Of a stretch of DNA of 64,000 bases, positions 26,697 to 40,551 are shown piece by piece. Location: contig JAWMAR010000026.1 in assembly GCA_036785375.1 (NCBI GenBank), positions 11,904,001-11,968,000 of the forward strand. The letters run 5' to 3'. This stretch comes from Leucoraja ocellata. Taxonomy: Eukaryota. Position 1 is the stretch's first letter, and each line of letters starts with the position of its first letter. The position numbers and the translations under genes were made by a program. The notes below the pieces were generated by a model that was not told where the DNA came from, ran no database searches, and saw only the letters and a list, made by a program, of their open reading frames with translations.

Positions 26697-29212
26697 ATTT
26701 GTCTGTGGAATTTTAGAAAAGGAAACCAATGCATTCACTATTTCCATGGCTACATGTTTTTATGCATTCTGGGGTGTAGATTATTAGGCCTTCTGCGGTC
26801 ACTGGCTTTCAGTCACAATAATTTCTCCAGTGCTGTGGTTTAAAACAAATCCTTTGATGCAACAATTAGATAAAGAGGTTCAATGAAGTGCCAGCTGTAA
26901 AGAACACACATATCTACATTCACAGAAGAGAAGACAAGGAATCTCCCAGAAACAGTGGAAGAATCCAGAGTAAATGAGGAGCTCAAAGAACCTAGCAGCA
27001 GTTTGGAGGTGGTGCAGTGGCATGCTAAGCAGAACAGCTGCCTCACAGTCCCAGAGACCTGTGTTCAATCCTGACCTCTGCTGCTTTCTGTGTGAGTTTA
27101 CACAGACCACGGATAATCCTGTCTATGGGTGCTGAATGCACTGAGTTTGTACATTCTCCCTGTGACCTGTGTAGGTTTCTCCGAGATCTTTGGTTTCCTC
27201 GCCCACTAGGTTAATTGTTTTGCTTTAATAGAAATGTAAAATTATATCCCTGGTGTCTGTAGGATAGTGTTAGTGTGTGGGGGTCGCTGGTCGGTGTGGA
27301 CTTGCTGGGCCGAAGGGCCTGTTTCCCCTCTAAACTAAACTAATATCAGTGTTTTTACCTCTGATTCCTACCAGGCCTGGCTTGAGAGGGCATCTCTATA
27401 TGTTTATCTAGCTTAGCCTAACATGCATCAATAGACAATAGACAATAGGTGCAGGAGTAGGCCATTCAGCCCTTTGAGCCAGCACCGCCATTCAATGTGA
27501 TCATGGCTGATCATCCACAGTATCAGTGTCATGTGCCTCAACCTTTCCCCATGGCAGTAACTTCCATTTGTATGTTTATATTTTCATTTTCGGTTGGGAA
27601 AATAAATTTATTTTGCATTTGCCATTTAAGATATAAATACTGCTCTGTTGAGTATGATGTTGAGATCAGTTGTTTTAAAATGGCAGGATGATTTGGCAAA
27701 AAAGAGCCCTTGCTGAAAGGTTGAAAAGTTAAAGACAATGAACAAGAAATGCTGGTTCTGCAGCTGTTGTGTGGCAATGCAGGAATGTTAAAACAGGACA
27801 GGAAATGCTCATTCATAATCTTGCTAGATTCACCAGGAGTTAAGTAGAAAGCACAGGACAAATATGTCAACTATTTACATAGTGCACTTATCTCCAGTGC
27901 TAATCTTTCCAGTTCTAGTCAACAAGATGGCAGTCAAAAGTGCAAATAAACATGTAAAAACGGATGCAAAATTGTGCTGAGAGCTGTACAAATTACTATT
28001 GTGCAGTAAATTCCCTGCAGGTGGTGCCATTTGAATTATTTGCCATGAACGTTATGGCTTTTATGGAAGATGGTATGATTTTGCTCCCTTAGATTTCACA
28101 GATGCTTTTCACGCAGTGTTAAAGATCTTAGGAGGGTTCAGCCCATTCAGTTGGGATGTTTCAGTTGCTGTGAGCCCGGGAGAGTTTTGCACTTGCCTGA
28201 GTGGTTAGCAATGTATTATTACTCTGTTTGCTACTCCAGCTAGTGCACTACAATTGCTCAAAGTCATCATTGTGGGTTAACAACTTCCTGTTGCCTGTAA
28301 GGCAGTGTTCTATTTTTGCAATGCCGATAATATTTGCTGAGGGCCATGTCTGATTTCTCAAGATACTATCTTGAAGATTGCACCTCATGGGGGCTGCTTT
28401 GTCCACTATGAGTACCTGGTTTTGCCACTGCATTGAATTAAGGGTGGTTACACTCTATGTAAAATCTATTAAAAGAGGCTTACAATTATATTGGACTCCA
28501 ACGCATTACTCAAGCTTTCCAGAACATTTCACACAAAGCCTTCAAAAGCTGGGTAACCATTGGTCGATTAGCCTAACTAATACCTGTTGCTGGCAAACAT
28601 ATTTGAATCAATTATTCAGGAATTAACAGCAACACATTTGGGAAATGATAATCTAATCAAGCAGAGTCACCGTGGCATAATGAAGGAGAAATTGTGCCTG
28701 CCAAGTTCATTAGAGTATTTTGTGCTCTATGATCCCATGGTGGCTAAATAGTTCTTATTAAGCTGTCCTATACAATCAAATATGACTGTGACCAAAGCAA
28801 TGTCACCCCTCTTCTACTTTGCCACCTGTATGCAGTCTTTGGCATTGTATCTACACGATATGAATGAGGGCAGAATTCCATCACTTTTGCTCAGCTCAGT
28901 GGAGTAACATCACTTACTTCAGTTTTTGTCCATCTGCCTGTGACTGAAGTGTCTTAAAAAATGAGCTCCCACCCCACATCTGCACCATAACTTCTCCTGT
29001 TTATTCTGCATGAAATCTCCCTCCCTTGCCTCGTCGTTTGTTCACTGCTCTTCTGCTCTATTAACCAAAAACAACACAAAGTGCTGGAGTAACTTAATGG
29101 GTCAGGCAGCATCTGTGGAGGGAATAAGTAGGTGGCGTTTGGGGTCTGGACCCTTCTTCAGTCTCGACCCAAAAAGTCACCTAACCTTTCCCTACACTGA
29201 TGCTGCCTGACC

Positions 29213-29692
29213 CTGCGACTCTGCCCGGCTCGACCTGCGGACCCGGGAGCTGCAGACTCCGGCAGCGGGAGGCGGCTGATCAGGAGGTCCGGGCCGCTGA
29301 GGAGGAGGCTGCTCACCGTCGGGGTTCGGCGTCGGCGTTCCACCAGCCCGGCGTGGGCCTGAACATCGGGCCACCCGGGGCGGCGACTGCGGGTGCTCGG
29401 AAGGCCCCGACCACGGATGAACACGGAGGGGAGGCTGGCTGGACTATGGTGCCTTCCTCACCTGGGTGCCATTTATGTTATGTTGTGTTGTGGTCTTTCT
29501 GTGTTTGTGCTTTTTTAAAATTTTTAATTCAATTTCAATTTTATTTTTAATATGTTTTATTATTTATTTATTATTTATTTTTATTATTTTTCTTGTGATT
29601 TTTTTTAACGATACTGCCTGTACGGGAAATTCATTTCGTTGTCTCAAATTGAGACAATGACAATAAATTTGAATACAATACAATACAATACA
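29213..29692 (+). mobile_element. CpG-rich retroelement 3' portion with (AATAC)n tail, inserted in a Penelope-type repeat
   Basis: Interrupts gatgctgcctgaccc|...|acccgctgagttactcc; AATAAA then (aatac)n. Confidence 0.6.
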
Positions 29693-30861
29693 ACCCGCTG
29701 AGTTACTCCAGCCACTTGTGTTTTGCAACAGCTCAAAAAACATGATCGAGTTACCTGCCGCGTACAAAGCCAGGTAAACAAGTCCTACCACTCATACACA
29801 TTATAGTTATGATGAGGTTAAGCTCTTCTCAATATTCTGCAAATTCTTATGAGAAGAGGTCAGTGTTTGTAAAGCGAATGCCAGCGGTTGGCATGATCAG
29901 TTTAAGCACAGTCGGCGTAATGCCTATAATTCCATATTTCCTTATGAGATAAAAGCAGATCAGTTACACCAATGGTGCAGAATGCAATGCCGTTGTGCCA
30001 CTAATCTTTCTCCCAATAATTCCATTACCCACTAACACTATAGGCTTCTTCTTCTTCTTGCATTTGAGGCAGCTGATGTCTTGGGCCGGATGATGCCATC
30101 CGGTTCGACATCCGTAGGTGCCCGCCCTAAAAAGGGCGCATGCTCTGGGTTGGTGACAAGCTGTGGCACTGCTGCTGCCGCCTCTGTTTGTTGTCATTCG
30201 CCTGACTGAGGTCAGCTGACAGGGCTGACCACGGGGAGGTCGACAACATGAGTCCCGCACTATAGGCAATTTGCAAGGGCAAATTAACCTGGGAAACCAC
30301 ATGTTTTTCCAGATGTGGGAGGAAACCAGAGCAGCCTGAGGCAACCCATGCAGCTACAGGGAGAATGTGCAGCACCAGAGATCAGGATTGAAGGTTACTG
30401 CAGCTATGCAGTAGCTCTACCAGATGTGCTATCAGGATGTTCTTATACCTCATGGTGTTTCCCTGGCCAGGTTATTAGATCTTCTCCAGCACTGAAATCT
30501 AATTTTGGAATAAGTTTGAGAGCCTTGGTAACCTAAATCCATAACTGTTTCTGTGGATATTTCATCAGAAGAGTACCTCCCTGCTGTTTTGCACTGGCTT
30601 AACCAACACCTTTTTACCTCTAACCCTCAAAGCCCATTTCACAACATTGTTTTTGCTGTCCAACAGATGCAGCAGTCCTCTAGTCAAAACCACAGGCACA
30701 GCCAACTATCACCAACACATCAGCAATCTGCAGAAGTTACACTTCTGGAGCAACAGAATCAACAATTTCAAATAAGTGGTCACAAAGTTTAGATAAAGCA
30801 TTCACACCTCTGAGTGCCAGTGCCACTTCAATTACTCAGAATTTCTCATGATTATAAATAA

Positions 30862-31026
30862 TAGAAACATAGAAAATAGGTGCAGGAGTAGGCCATTCGG
30901 TCCTTCGAGCCAGCACCGCCATTCAATATGATGATGGCTGATCATCCAAAATCAGTACCCCGTTCTGGCTTTTTCCCCCATATCCCTCGATTCCCGTAGC
31001 CCTAAGAGCTAAATCTAACTCTCTCT
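30862..31026 (-). mobile_element. CR1 3' end
   Basis: atagaaacatagaaaataggtgcaggagtaggccattcgg. Confidence 0.8.
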
Positions 31027-33329
31027 CACTAATAAGCTTAGTTGAAGAGGTACATTTACTGGAACCCACACCTGATTACAATCGCTACACAGATACCTAA
31101 TGGTGTCGACTACCACTCTGTCAGCTAGCTGTGACCAACACATTCCGTCAGTAGCAAGACCACAGCAAGCTGCTGCAACAGAAGAGCTGTGGAATACAGA
31201 TTGTACTTTGCAATGATGTAAATATTCCAGTAATTTGTGAAAGTGGGCAGCGGCAGCTAAAGAAAACCATACCAATCAAGATGTTGATCAAAGTTTTATT
31301 TAAAATTGCAAGTTAAGCTGCCATTACAACAGCATCGACCAATACACACTTAGAGACACGAGGAACTGCAGATGGTAGAATCTTGGGCAAAAACACAGAG
31401 AGCAGGAAGAACTCATACAGCACCTGTGGAAATAATGGACAGACAACATTTCAGGTCAGAACCCTCCTGTGCCCTTACAAAATTTATTAAGGCCTTAAGT
31501 GAGGGGATGCATTTGGCTCTTTCCATTGATTTTCAGGTAGGTTGGGAAATTAAAAAAAAAACTGGATGAGGGTCAAATCCAGAATTGAAAATCTCCACAA
31601 AATTCATTAAAAGGATAATTTATTTGATGATCAGGCTTTTGCAATCATCACTTTGGTTAACATCAACAGTTCCAACTTAATCCACAGCAACAGTCTACAG
31701 ATTAAAGCTATTTTGCAAAGTTAAAATAATCAACATCACATTTGTGTACAAATCCTGATAATTATTCTTTAACCTGTTTATATATAATCCTAAAATACGA
31801 CTTTAATTTTAGAAAATTTGTTTTAATAAACAAAATCTAATCACAATGTTCTGGAAATTTTAGATCAAATAGCAGCTACTATAGCAACCACAAACAAAAG
31901 ATTAAATTTAATGCACTGTACATTGCTTCCATTTTACAATCTCAGGCAAAATAAATCCACATCAGTATCGTTAATGTAAAATGATTCAGACAGTTTTCCT
32001 TAATTCAGGGTGCATAATGTATGTACTTAAAGAATATACATAATTTATATTTGTTAAATCCAAACTGTGATTATCCTGGATTTTCCTTAGTAGGATTCAA
32101 TGCCTAGTATTTTCCATTGCACTGAACACAATCCTAATCTCAGATGCTGTCTATGTGGACGAAAATGCTGAAGAAACTCAGCGGGTGAGGCAGCATCTAT
32201 GGAGCGAAGGAAATAGGCAACGTTTCGTGTCGAAACATTTGCTTCATAGATGCTGCCTCACCCGCTGAGTTTCTCCAGCATTTTGTCTACCTTTGATTTT
32301 CCAGCATCTTCAGTTCCTTCTTAAACATGCTGTCTATGTAGAGTTTGCATGTTCCTTGTGTAACCAGGTGGGTTTCTCCAGCTACTACTGTTTACTCAGC
32401 ATTCCAAAAAAGTGTGGTTTCACCAGTTAATTGCACCTAGTGTGTAAGTTAGTGCTGGAATGTAGATGGGGTTGTTGGATATGCGAGGAGAATGGTGGGG
32501 TGAGTCTAAGGTGGGTGTAAATGGGTGGTTGATGGTCAGCATGGATTTGGTGGGTTGAAGGGTCGGTTTCTGAGCTTCATGACTCTATGACTAAACAATT
32601 TGGAACCATTTGGCTGGTCTGGACAGCTGTGGCCATCCTGTAGCCAGGAGATGGGCACCTGTGCATATTGTGGGCCTGGAGCAGTGCATTTGGGTCACAT
32701 TGGAAGTCACAGAAACACTGCTGTAAGGCTTTACGAAGTGGCAAGGTTCCGTCTAACTATTCCATCTGCCAAAGGTTTTAATGCTTAGCAATGATTTGAT
32801 TATTTAAAAACTATAAAAAATAAATAAAAACAGATTTCACAATTGTATTTTAAAAAACAAAAACAAAATTTAAATAGCTTAAAACATTAAAGGAGTTCAA
32901 TGACAGTTTCTTTCCATTTTATCAGTCACTCTCCAACTGAGTGAGATCCATCATATTGTCTAACTCGGCCTATATCTGAGGTCAGATTCCTTGGCAAAGT
33001 CCTGGGGAATTTGTGCAATGCCCTGCTCTAACATTGAATTATGTACTGCACTGAACTGTTTTGAAAGGAACTGTGCGTGCAGCTGAGAAATCAATAAAAT
33101 GGTTTGGCCCGAGAGACTGTAATTTCAGTTGTATTCCTAGAACCTGTACATTTACATTGCAGAAATCCAAGAAATTCCCTGTTAAATCCTGGCCAAAATA
33201 GCTGAGTAATAGTTCATAACTATCTTGGAGAAAACAACAATAGTTCAAATAGTGTCGGGAAGGCTGTACTTATTTTGTATTATATTCTACATGGTCACCA
33301 AAACAAAATTACAATGTATTGCATGGTCT

Positions 33330-34096
33330 TTAATTTAACAATTGTAGCTCTGCAAACTGCCACACTTTCACACCTCAAACAGCTCTCCAACTTATTTAGT
33401 TTTCTTTTACTGTCTTCGAGTTTCATCTATTCCTTTTTGTTTCTTCAGGACTCAGCATAAACCACCAGTTACATATCACAATGTGTTGTGTAAGCTTCCA
33501 TTTAAAGCAGCCTGGCTTTTTGCTTACATCTTTTTCTACCTGATACAAAGTGGAAACTGTTTCCTTACTGGTGCACCGCTCATAGCTCATGTTCTCAAAG
33601 CTCTGTGGACAGCGAGGCTTGGAAATGTATGAAGGGTTCAGTTTCTGACCCTTGATAATGTCCTGAAGTTAAAATGCATGAGAGTTTTAAAACTTTAATA
33701 AGTTCTTAGCTAACATTAAATAACTGACTAAAAGATTAACGGCTGCAGGTGATGCAATACAGGCATACTTTACATTTTCTATCCTTGTCTCTGTGCAGCA
33801 GCCCTTGTTCACTGTGTGGTTAATGTCCCCTTTCCGAGAAATTATTTTCATTTATAGATGCAAGATTGCCCCTCTAAGTGTAACATGGTGAAGGCAACAA
33901 AGGGAAACAAAGGAATGCAGAGATTGGTTGATTGCAATGTATTAATCATGTTAAGGACATTCTGCAAACTCACCAAGCAGATGGGTTCTCACAGCATTTT
34001 CTTCTTTTTTTTAGGCTTTGTTCCTTTATTGTTGGAGAGCGAGCTGTTTGAGGTGTGAAAGTGTGGCAGTTTGCAGAGCTACAACAGTTAAATTAA
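33330..34096. repeat. Pair of ~62-66-bp inverted repeats (33330-33391 and 34031-34096)
   Basis: 44-bp perfect core TTGTAGCTCTGCAAACTGCCACACTTTCACACCTCAAACAGCTC; 2 mismatches and a 4-nt indel overall. Confidence 0.9.
33423..34078 (-). pseudogene. Possible decayed spliced gene or lncRNA, three exon-like segments (33974-34078, 33769-33873, 33423-33662)
   Basis: Donors GTGAGT and GTATGC; acceptors ttgtag, acttag, cttcag; introns of 100 and 106 nt; middle segment has stops in all frames; no family recognised. Confidence 0.3.
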
Positions 34097-35529
34097 TACG
34101 TTACTTTCCCTCTCTCCCAGGGGTGGTCTTGGAACTATTTTCCTTTCCTAGCCGCGCGTGCAATGGGTGGTCCGGTGGGAGTGGGTTGTGGAAGGGAGGA
34201 TTGTTGGCTAATATTGCATATGAAGGTGTAGAGTGGAGGCAAGCCACTCTCCCGTACCCCAACAATTCTGGAGCACCTTAATGTCAACCATATGCACAAA
34301 CGTGCATGGCTATAACATGCAATAAGTTTGCTTCTCTGAAAGCAGTCGGATCACACACTGCTTGCAATGGCCTGGATTTTTCACCTTCATTTCCATGCTT
34401 TCCTTTTAATATTTGAAGATGGCACAACGTATATTACAGATAATGTACTGCACTTGCCAATGACACCAGATGAGGCTCTGACGTCTCTACTTACAAATCT
34501 CACTATTTTCTGCTCCATTGTGTATGCACTAAAATGCCACAATGTGCATTTTACATCAATTTACATCTTCCTTATTAAAGACTTTTCCCCCTGAAAAGTT
34601 AAGAGAAAGAAGAGTACATTTCTCATATACTAGAGAATCTATTTCTAATTTGTATTGAAGGAACAAGCAACGCTTTTATTCTTTCAGCAAACTGAACCAG
34701 CTGACAGCTGTGCTGTCTAAAAACAGCTTTGGCTTAAACAGAATCTTGACTCTCTCATTGATAGATTAAACTTCATGAAAACCTCAACCTTTAATTCTAC
34801 ACAGCTAGGACTTGAAACTATAGCTCACAGAACCGACCGTGGGACTCTAAACGTAACTAACAGATACTTTATAAAGATTTAGCTCTTTTTACTCTAGACT
34901 CTAATTATAATTCAGTGAGCAAAATATTTGATCTGTCCTCCAGCTCTCATAGATTTGTGTTCCTACATCCCTTCCATTCTCTAACTCCACCACATTTGTA
35001 AGGGGTTACCATTTATTTAATTTTATTTCTCTGCAGGCATCCTACCAAAATTGATCACTGCTCACTTATTTGTGTAACATTTCATTTTCCATATGTCTCT
35101 TTACTTCACCAGGCCATCTCTAACTATAGGTTTATTACTATCCTGCACCTTGTAAACTACAGTTTGGTTTTATGTTTTGACTTTATTACCAATCCAGAAT
35201 ATTGATACATATTAAGATGTATAGTGATTCTAACACTAGGTCCTGATGGATCTTGTATTCTTCAATTTATTGTAGAAAAGCAATTGATCTAATGCTGGCT
35301 ATTGCTTAGGTAATTTTGCAACATGCACTTAATTCAGAAGGCTTTAATTCTACATCAATTATTTTATTTGGTATTTTATTAATTTAAAAGTTTGCAAGAA
35401 CAGTAAAACTCTAGTAATCCAATATATTTGGGAATTTGTTAGTGCTGGACCTGGCAGATTTTTCAGATGGTTGCAGATTTTTCAGATGGTTCCACTGAAG
35501 GAACATGTGTTGCGTGGGAAAAGCAATTT

Positions 35530-38010
35530 ATCCCCAAAGCCAGGCGAAGAGCGGGGGGAGTGCTTATCCCAAAAGAAATACAGCTGATCCCCAACATCGA
35601 ACAGTTTCGGCAAATAAACCTTCTTAACATAGAAGGCAAGATATTTTTCACTGTGGTAACGAAAAGACTCACAAAGTATCTGAAACAAAACTATTTCATT
35701 GATACGTCAATCCAAAAGGCTGGCATAGCAGGCTTCTCAGGATGCCTTGAGCATACCAGCGTCATATGACATCAAATCTAGACAGCTAAGAAAGAACAAA
35801 ATAATCTGCATGTCATGTTCCTTGACCTGGCCAATGCCTATGGATCAGTTCTTCATTCGCTACTGTGGACTGCTTTTGAATTCTGATAGGTGCCTACAAC
35901 AATAACAAATCTGGTAGAAAAACTACTTCCAGGATCTGCAATTTTGTCTCACAACATCAGACTTTACCACAGCTTGGCAACCACTGGAAGTAGGCATCAT
36001 GGCGGGGTGCACCATCTCCCCATTGACCTTCACTACAGCAATGGAGCTCATTATCAGAGCCTCAAAATGGGTTGTGGGATGAAAAAGGTGACAGTGTGGT
36101 CAGCGGTTACCACCTATACGAGCCTATATGGATGATATAACAACACTAACGACAACTGTCCCCTGCACCAAGAGACTTCTGGAAAAACGTCATCAAAACA
36201 TCACATGGGGAAGGATGAAGCTCAAACCCAGCAAGTGCAGAAGCATCTCCATTGTCAAAGGTCAAGTCAAGGATCAAAGATTTCATATTGACGGAATACC
36301 TGTTCCAACTTTTTCAGAAATGCCAGTGAAGAGCTTGGGCCGATGGCATGATGCAAAGCTCAAGGACACCGAGCAGTTTGAACAACTCAAAAAAGATAAC
36401 ATCACGCATATAGCTCGCATCAACAAGACCTTGCTACCAGGAAAACTCAAGCTGTGGTGCTTCCAGTTTGGCATACTACCAAGATTCATGTGGCCTTTAA
36501 CTGTGTATGAAATCCCCATCAGCAAAGTAGAAAAGCTGGAAAGAATTATCAGCACACATATGAAGCAGTGGCTTGGACTTCCATGATGCTTAAGTCCTGT
36601 CGGACTGTATGTGAGTGGCAAATTGGAATTACGCATTACAGGTCTTGTGGAAGAGTTCAAATGCACTAAAGCAAGGTTGGTCATGAACCTCACTGAATCT
36701 GAAGATACTGTTATTCGAACAGCGGCCCCCCTCGTGACAATGGGGAGGAAGTGGACCCCATCTTAGCCGTTCAGAGTGCTAAATCTGCGCTTCATTTCAG
36801 GGATGTGGTTGGCCAAGTCCAACACGGGCGAGCCGGGCTCGGGCTTGTCCCAAAAGCTCCTCAATGGCACAAGGCAACATCAGTGCAGAAGAGACGGCTC
36901 ATGGTGGAGGAGGTGAGAAGACGGGAGGAGACAGAGCAACACGCCAAGACCATCTCAATGGTCAAGCAGGACAAACTGGGAGAGCTTGGAAAAGAGGAAA
37001 CTCAGCTGGCTTAACATCTGGCAGATGGAGGGATCTCGGCTAAGTTTTGTCATCTGAGCCACTTATGATGTTCTCCCATCGCCCCAGAACCTGAAGCAGT
37101 GGTTCGGAGAAGACCCCGTTTTCTCTCTTTGCCAAGCACCTGCTGAGGCACATTTTAACAGGATGCACTATGAGCCTCGCCCAAAGGCGTTACACTAGGC
37201 GGCACAACCATGTTCTCAGACAGCTGGCATCAATCTTGAACAGATGCAAATGACCACAAATATTTCACCACGAACAACAGAAGGACATGTACACTTCACA
37301 ACATTGTACCAGCAGGCCAATCTCCAGAGCACCAGATAACATCAAAAGATGAAAACATTCTGCAGCCTGCTCAGGATTGGAAAATGGACGTAGACTTGGA
37401 AAAAAAGCTCGTGTTGCCCCCAGACATTGTGGCTACAACACTCCAGGCCAGACATGGTCCTGTGGTCCACAACAGCCAAGCTGGCATACGTTGTGGAATT
37501 GACAGTTCCATGGGAAGATGGTGTTGAAGAAGCTTATGAGAGGAAAAAAGACCAAATACTCTGAATTGGCGACTGAAGCTGCCCAGAATGGATGGAAGAT
37601 GAAAAATTTCCCTGTAGAAGTGGGATGCAGGGGATTCGTTGCTGCATCTACGACCAGTCTATTGAAGAAAATGGGGGTGAGGGGTCGCTCCCTCCAACAA
37701 GCAATCAAGTTATTATCAAATTCAGCAGAAAAAAAACAGAAATTAGCTTTGCATTAAAAAGGAAAGACAACAACTGGGCTGGAAAATGAAGACGGGAGGG
37801 TATGGATCTGAGGGGGGTTGTGCCTGGACTCCAGGTATCACCGTTAAGCTCTCTGGAGACGTTGCGGGCCTATCAATGACACATCAAAGAAGGAGGGTGC
37901 CCACCTGATGACCCCGATGACGTACCTACCCTAGCTTTCACTACTCCAATCCCACTGCCAATATCAAGAGTGACGACTTAATACAGGGATTGAAACATCA
38001 CGTTCTATTA
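35530..38010 (+). mobile_element. 5'-truncated HERO-clade non-LTR retrotransposon (RT + restriction-like endonuclease), decayed
   Basis: AGGVLIPKE, QFRQINLLNIEGKIFF, QKAGIAGFSGCLEH, LDLANAYGSV, YMDD, zinc-knuckle remnant HILTGC, PDMVLWS...VELTVPWE, PVEVGCRGF. Confidence 0.85.
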
Positions 38011-40551
38011 GCTCTACTCTTGTTAATGGTCTTAATATTTATATTATTCTTAATAGTATTAATTGATATAAATTAATAGTATTAATATTAAATGCATTTG
38101 CATTTAATAATACACTTTTAATAAATGTCTTGAAACTTACTTTAACGGACTTTTCTTTGGATGTTACAGGGTAGTATAATCATTTTTCAGTGAACACTGT
38201 GAGTTTAAAAGGGGTATGAAAATAAGTTCCTGGTGAGTTCAAAGGGAACACAGGTAACAGGTGAGCTGATGCTGAACCATCGGAATTTCTGAGCAAGCGT
38301 ACAGTGGACCGTTGAAGTTTCACTATGTAAGATCTATGGCATTAACTTCAACCAGCCTTCCACCCCACCCCCCCCCCCCCCCCCCCATTTTGGGTCGAGA
38401 TGTCTGAAGAAAGGTTTCGACCTGCAATGTCCCATATTCTTTTTCCCCAGAGATGCTACCTGACCTGTTGAGTTATTCAAACATTTTGTGTCCAGCTTCC
38501 CTTGTTCCTTTTGCTTTCTATATGCAGCTTGGCTTATGATTTTGAACTTGCCATTTCCCTTATCTTTTCTATTTAAATCTCTTTCTTTTGGAGATACATT
38601 CTCGGCCACTGGTGCTAATGTGCACATGTAGCAGCTGATTGCTGCCTGTGACTTTTAGGTAACCTGTTACCATGAAATTGGATTGTATAGCAGCATGTAT
38701 TTAGCACCGCAAAGTTAAATTTAAATGTTCTTTTGCACAATTGCAAATGTGTGGCCATTTAGCATGAATCATTGATGTGGAAATTCTACCGGATGCTTAG
38801 GTCTTCACACGAATGTAGCCATCTCTGAAGTCAGTGTGTAGGATGTGGATAGAATGGCCTTATCAGCCAAGCTATTCTTATCGACAGCTGTTGTTGAGTA
38901 GCGTTTAGTTTGGCTTCTTGCTGAGGTCTTTGCCTTTACAGGAGGTTGTTTACAACCAACATGATTCGCACTAACCATAGAATTCCAGAATGGCTGAGTA
39001 ATATTCCATAAAGCAAATAGTATGGACCAGGCAACACCCTAGCTGTATTGCTGAAAGATTGCACTCCAGACTCAGCCACCATTGTGGCCAAGCAGTACCA
39101 GTTACAAGAATAGGATGTACCTGGAATGTTGTTCAGGTATGTTATAAAACATAGAATATACAGTGCCCTCCACAATGTTTGGGACAAAGACCCATCATTT
39201 ATTTATTTGCACCTGTACTCCACAATTTGAGATTTGTAATAGAAAAAAAATCACATGTGCTTAAAGTGCACAGTCAGATTTTAATAAAGGCCATTTCTAT
39301 ACAATTTGGTTTCACCATGTAGTGTTTATACATTGTCTTCCAATTTCAGTGTACCATGATGTTTGGGACACAGCAATGTCATGTAAATGAAAGTAGTCAT
39401 GTTTAGTATTTTGGTGCATATCCTTTACATGCAATAACTGCTTGAAGTCTGTGATTCATGGACATCACCAGTTGCTGGGTGTCTTCTCTGGCCAGGCCTG
39501 TATTGCAGCCATCTTTAGCTTATGGGGCTAATCCCCTTCAGGTTTCTCTTCAGCATATAAAAGGCATGCTCAATTAGGTTCAGATCAGATGATTGACTTG
39601 GCCACTCAAGAATTGACCATTTCTTAGCTTTGAAAAACTCCTTTGTTGCTTTAGCAGTATGTTTGGGATCATTGTCTTGCTGCAGAATGAACCACTGGCC
39701 AATGAGGTTTGAGGCATTTGTTTGAACTGGAGCAGATAGGATGTGTCATTCACTTCAGAATTAATTATGCTACTACCATCAGCAGTTGTAACATCAATGA
39801 AGATAAGTGACCCAGTACTTTCAGCAGCCATACATGCCCAGGCCATAACACCCCCACCACCATGCTTCACAGATGAGGTGGTATTCTTTGGATCTTGGGC
39901 AGTTCCTTCCCTCCTCCATACTTTGCTCTTGCCAGCACTCTGATATAAGTTAATCTTCGTCTCATCTGTCCACAAGACCTTTTTCCAGAACTGTGGTTGC
40001 TCTTTAAAGTACTTCTTGGCAATCTGTACCCTGGCCATCCTAAAATGTTGCGTCTAACCAGTGGTTTGCATCTTGTAGTATAGCCTCTTTATCTCTGTTC
40101 ATGAAGTCTTCTGCGGACAGTGGTCATTGACAAATCCACACCTGACTCCTGAAGAGTGTTTCTGATCTGTCGGACTGGTGTTTGTTTTTTTTCTTTATTA
40201 TAGAGAGAATTCCTTTGTCATCAGCTGTGGAGGTCTTCCTTGGCCTTCCAGTCCCTTTGCAATTGGTAAGTTCACCAGTGCTCTCTTTCTTCTTAAAGAT
40301 GCTCCAGACAGTTGATTTTGGTAAGTTTTATTCTTGTTTCTCTCATAATGGCTTCCTTGACTTCCATTGGCACAACTTTGATCCTCATGTTGGTAAACAG
40401 CATTAAATGTTTCCAAAAGTCTTGGAAAGACTGGAGGAAAGACTAGGTGCTGAGTGCCCTCTAATACCTGCATCCGAGCAATTACAAACATCTGTGAAGC
40501 CATATGTCCCAAACATTGTGGTGCCCTGAAATGGGTGGACTATGTATAATC

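Noticed and set aside
26860-27010. Glu-rich frame STFTEEKTRNLPETVEESRVNEELKEP
   Set aside because: Stops upstream, no splice context and no recognisable family
30553-31275. Short Gln-rich and Cys-rich ORFs
   Set aside because: No domain or splice support; consistent with chance ORFs
37860-37925. CTGATGA in the HERO 3' UTR as a hammerhead core
   Set aside because: No correctly placed GAAA or helices
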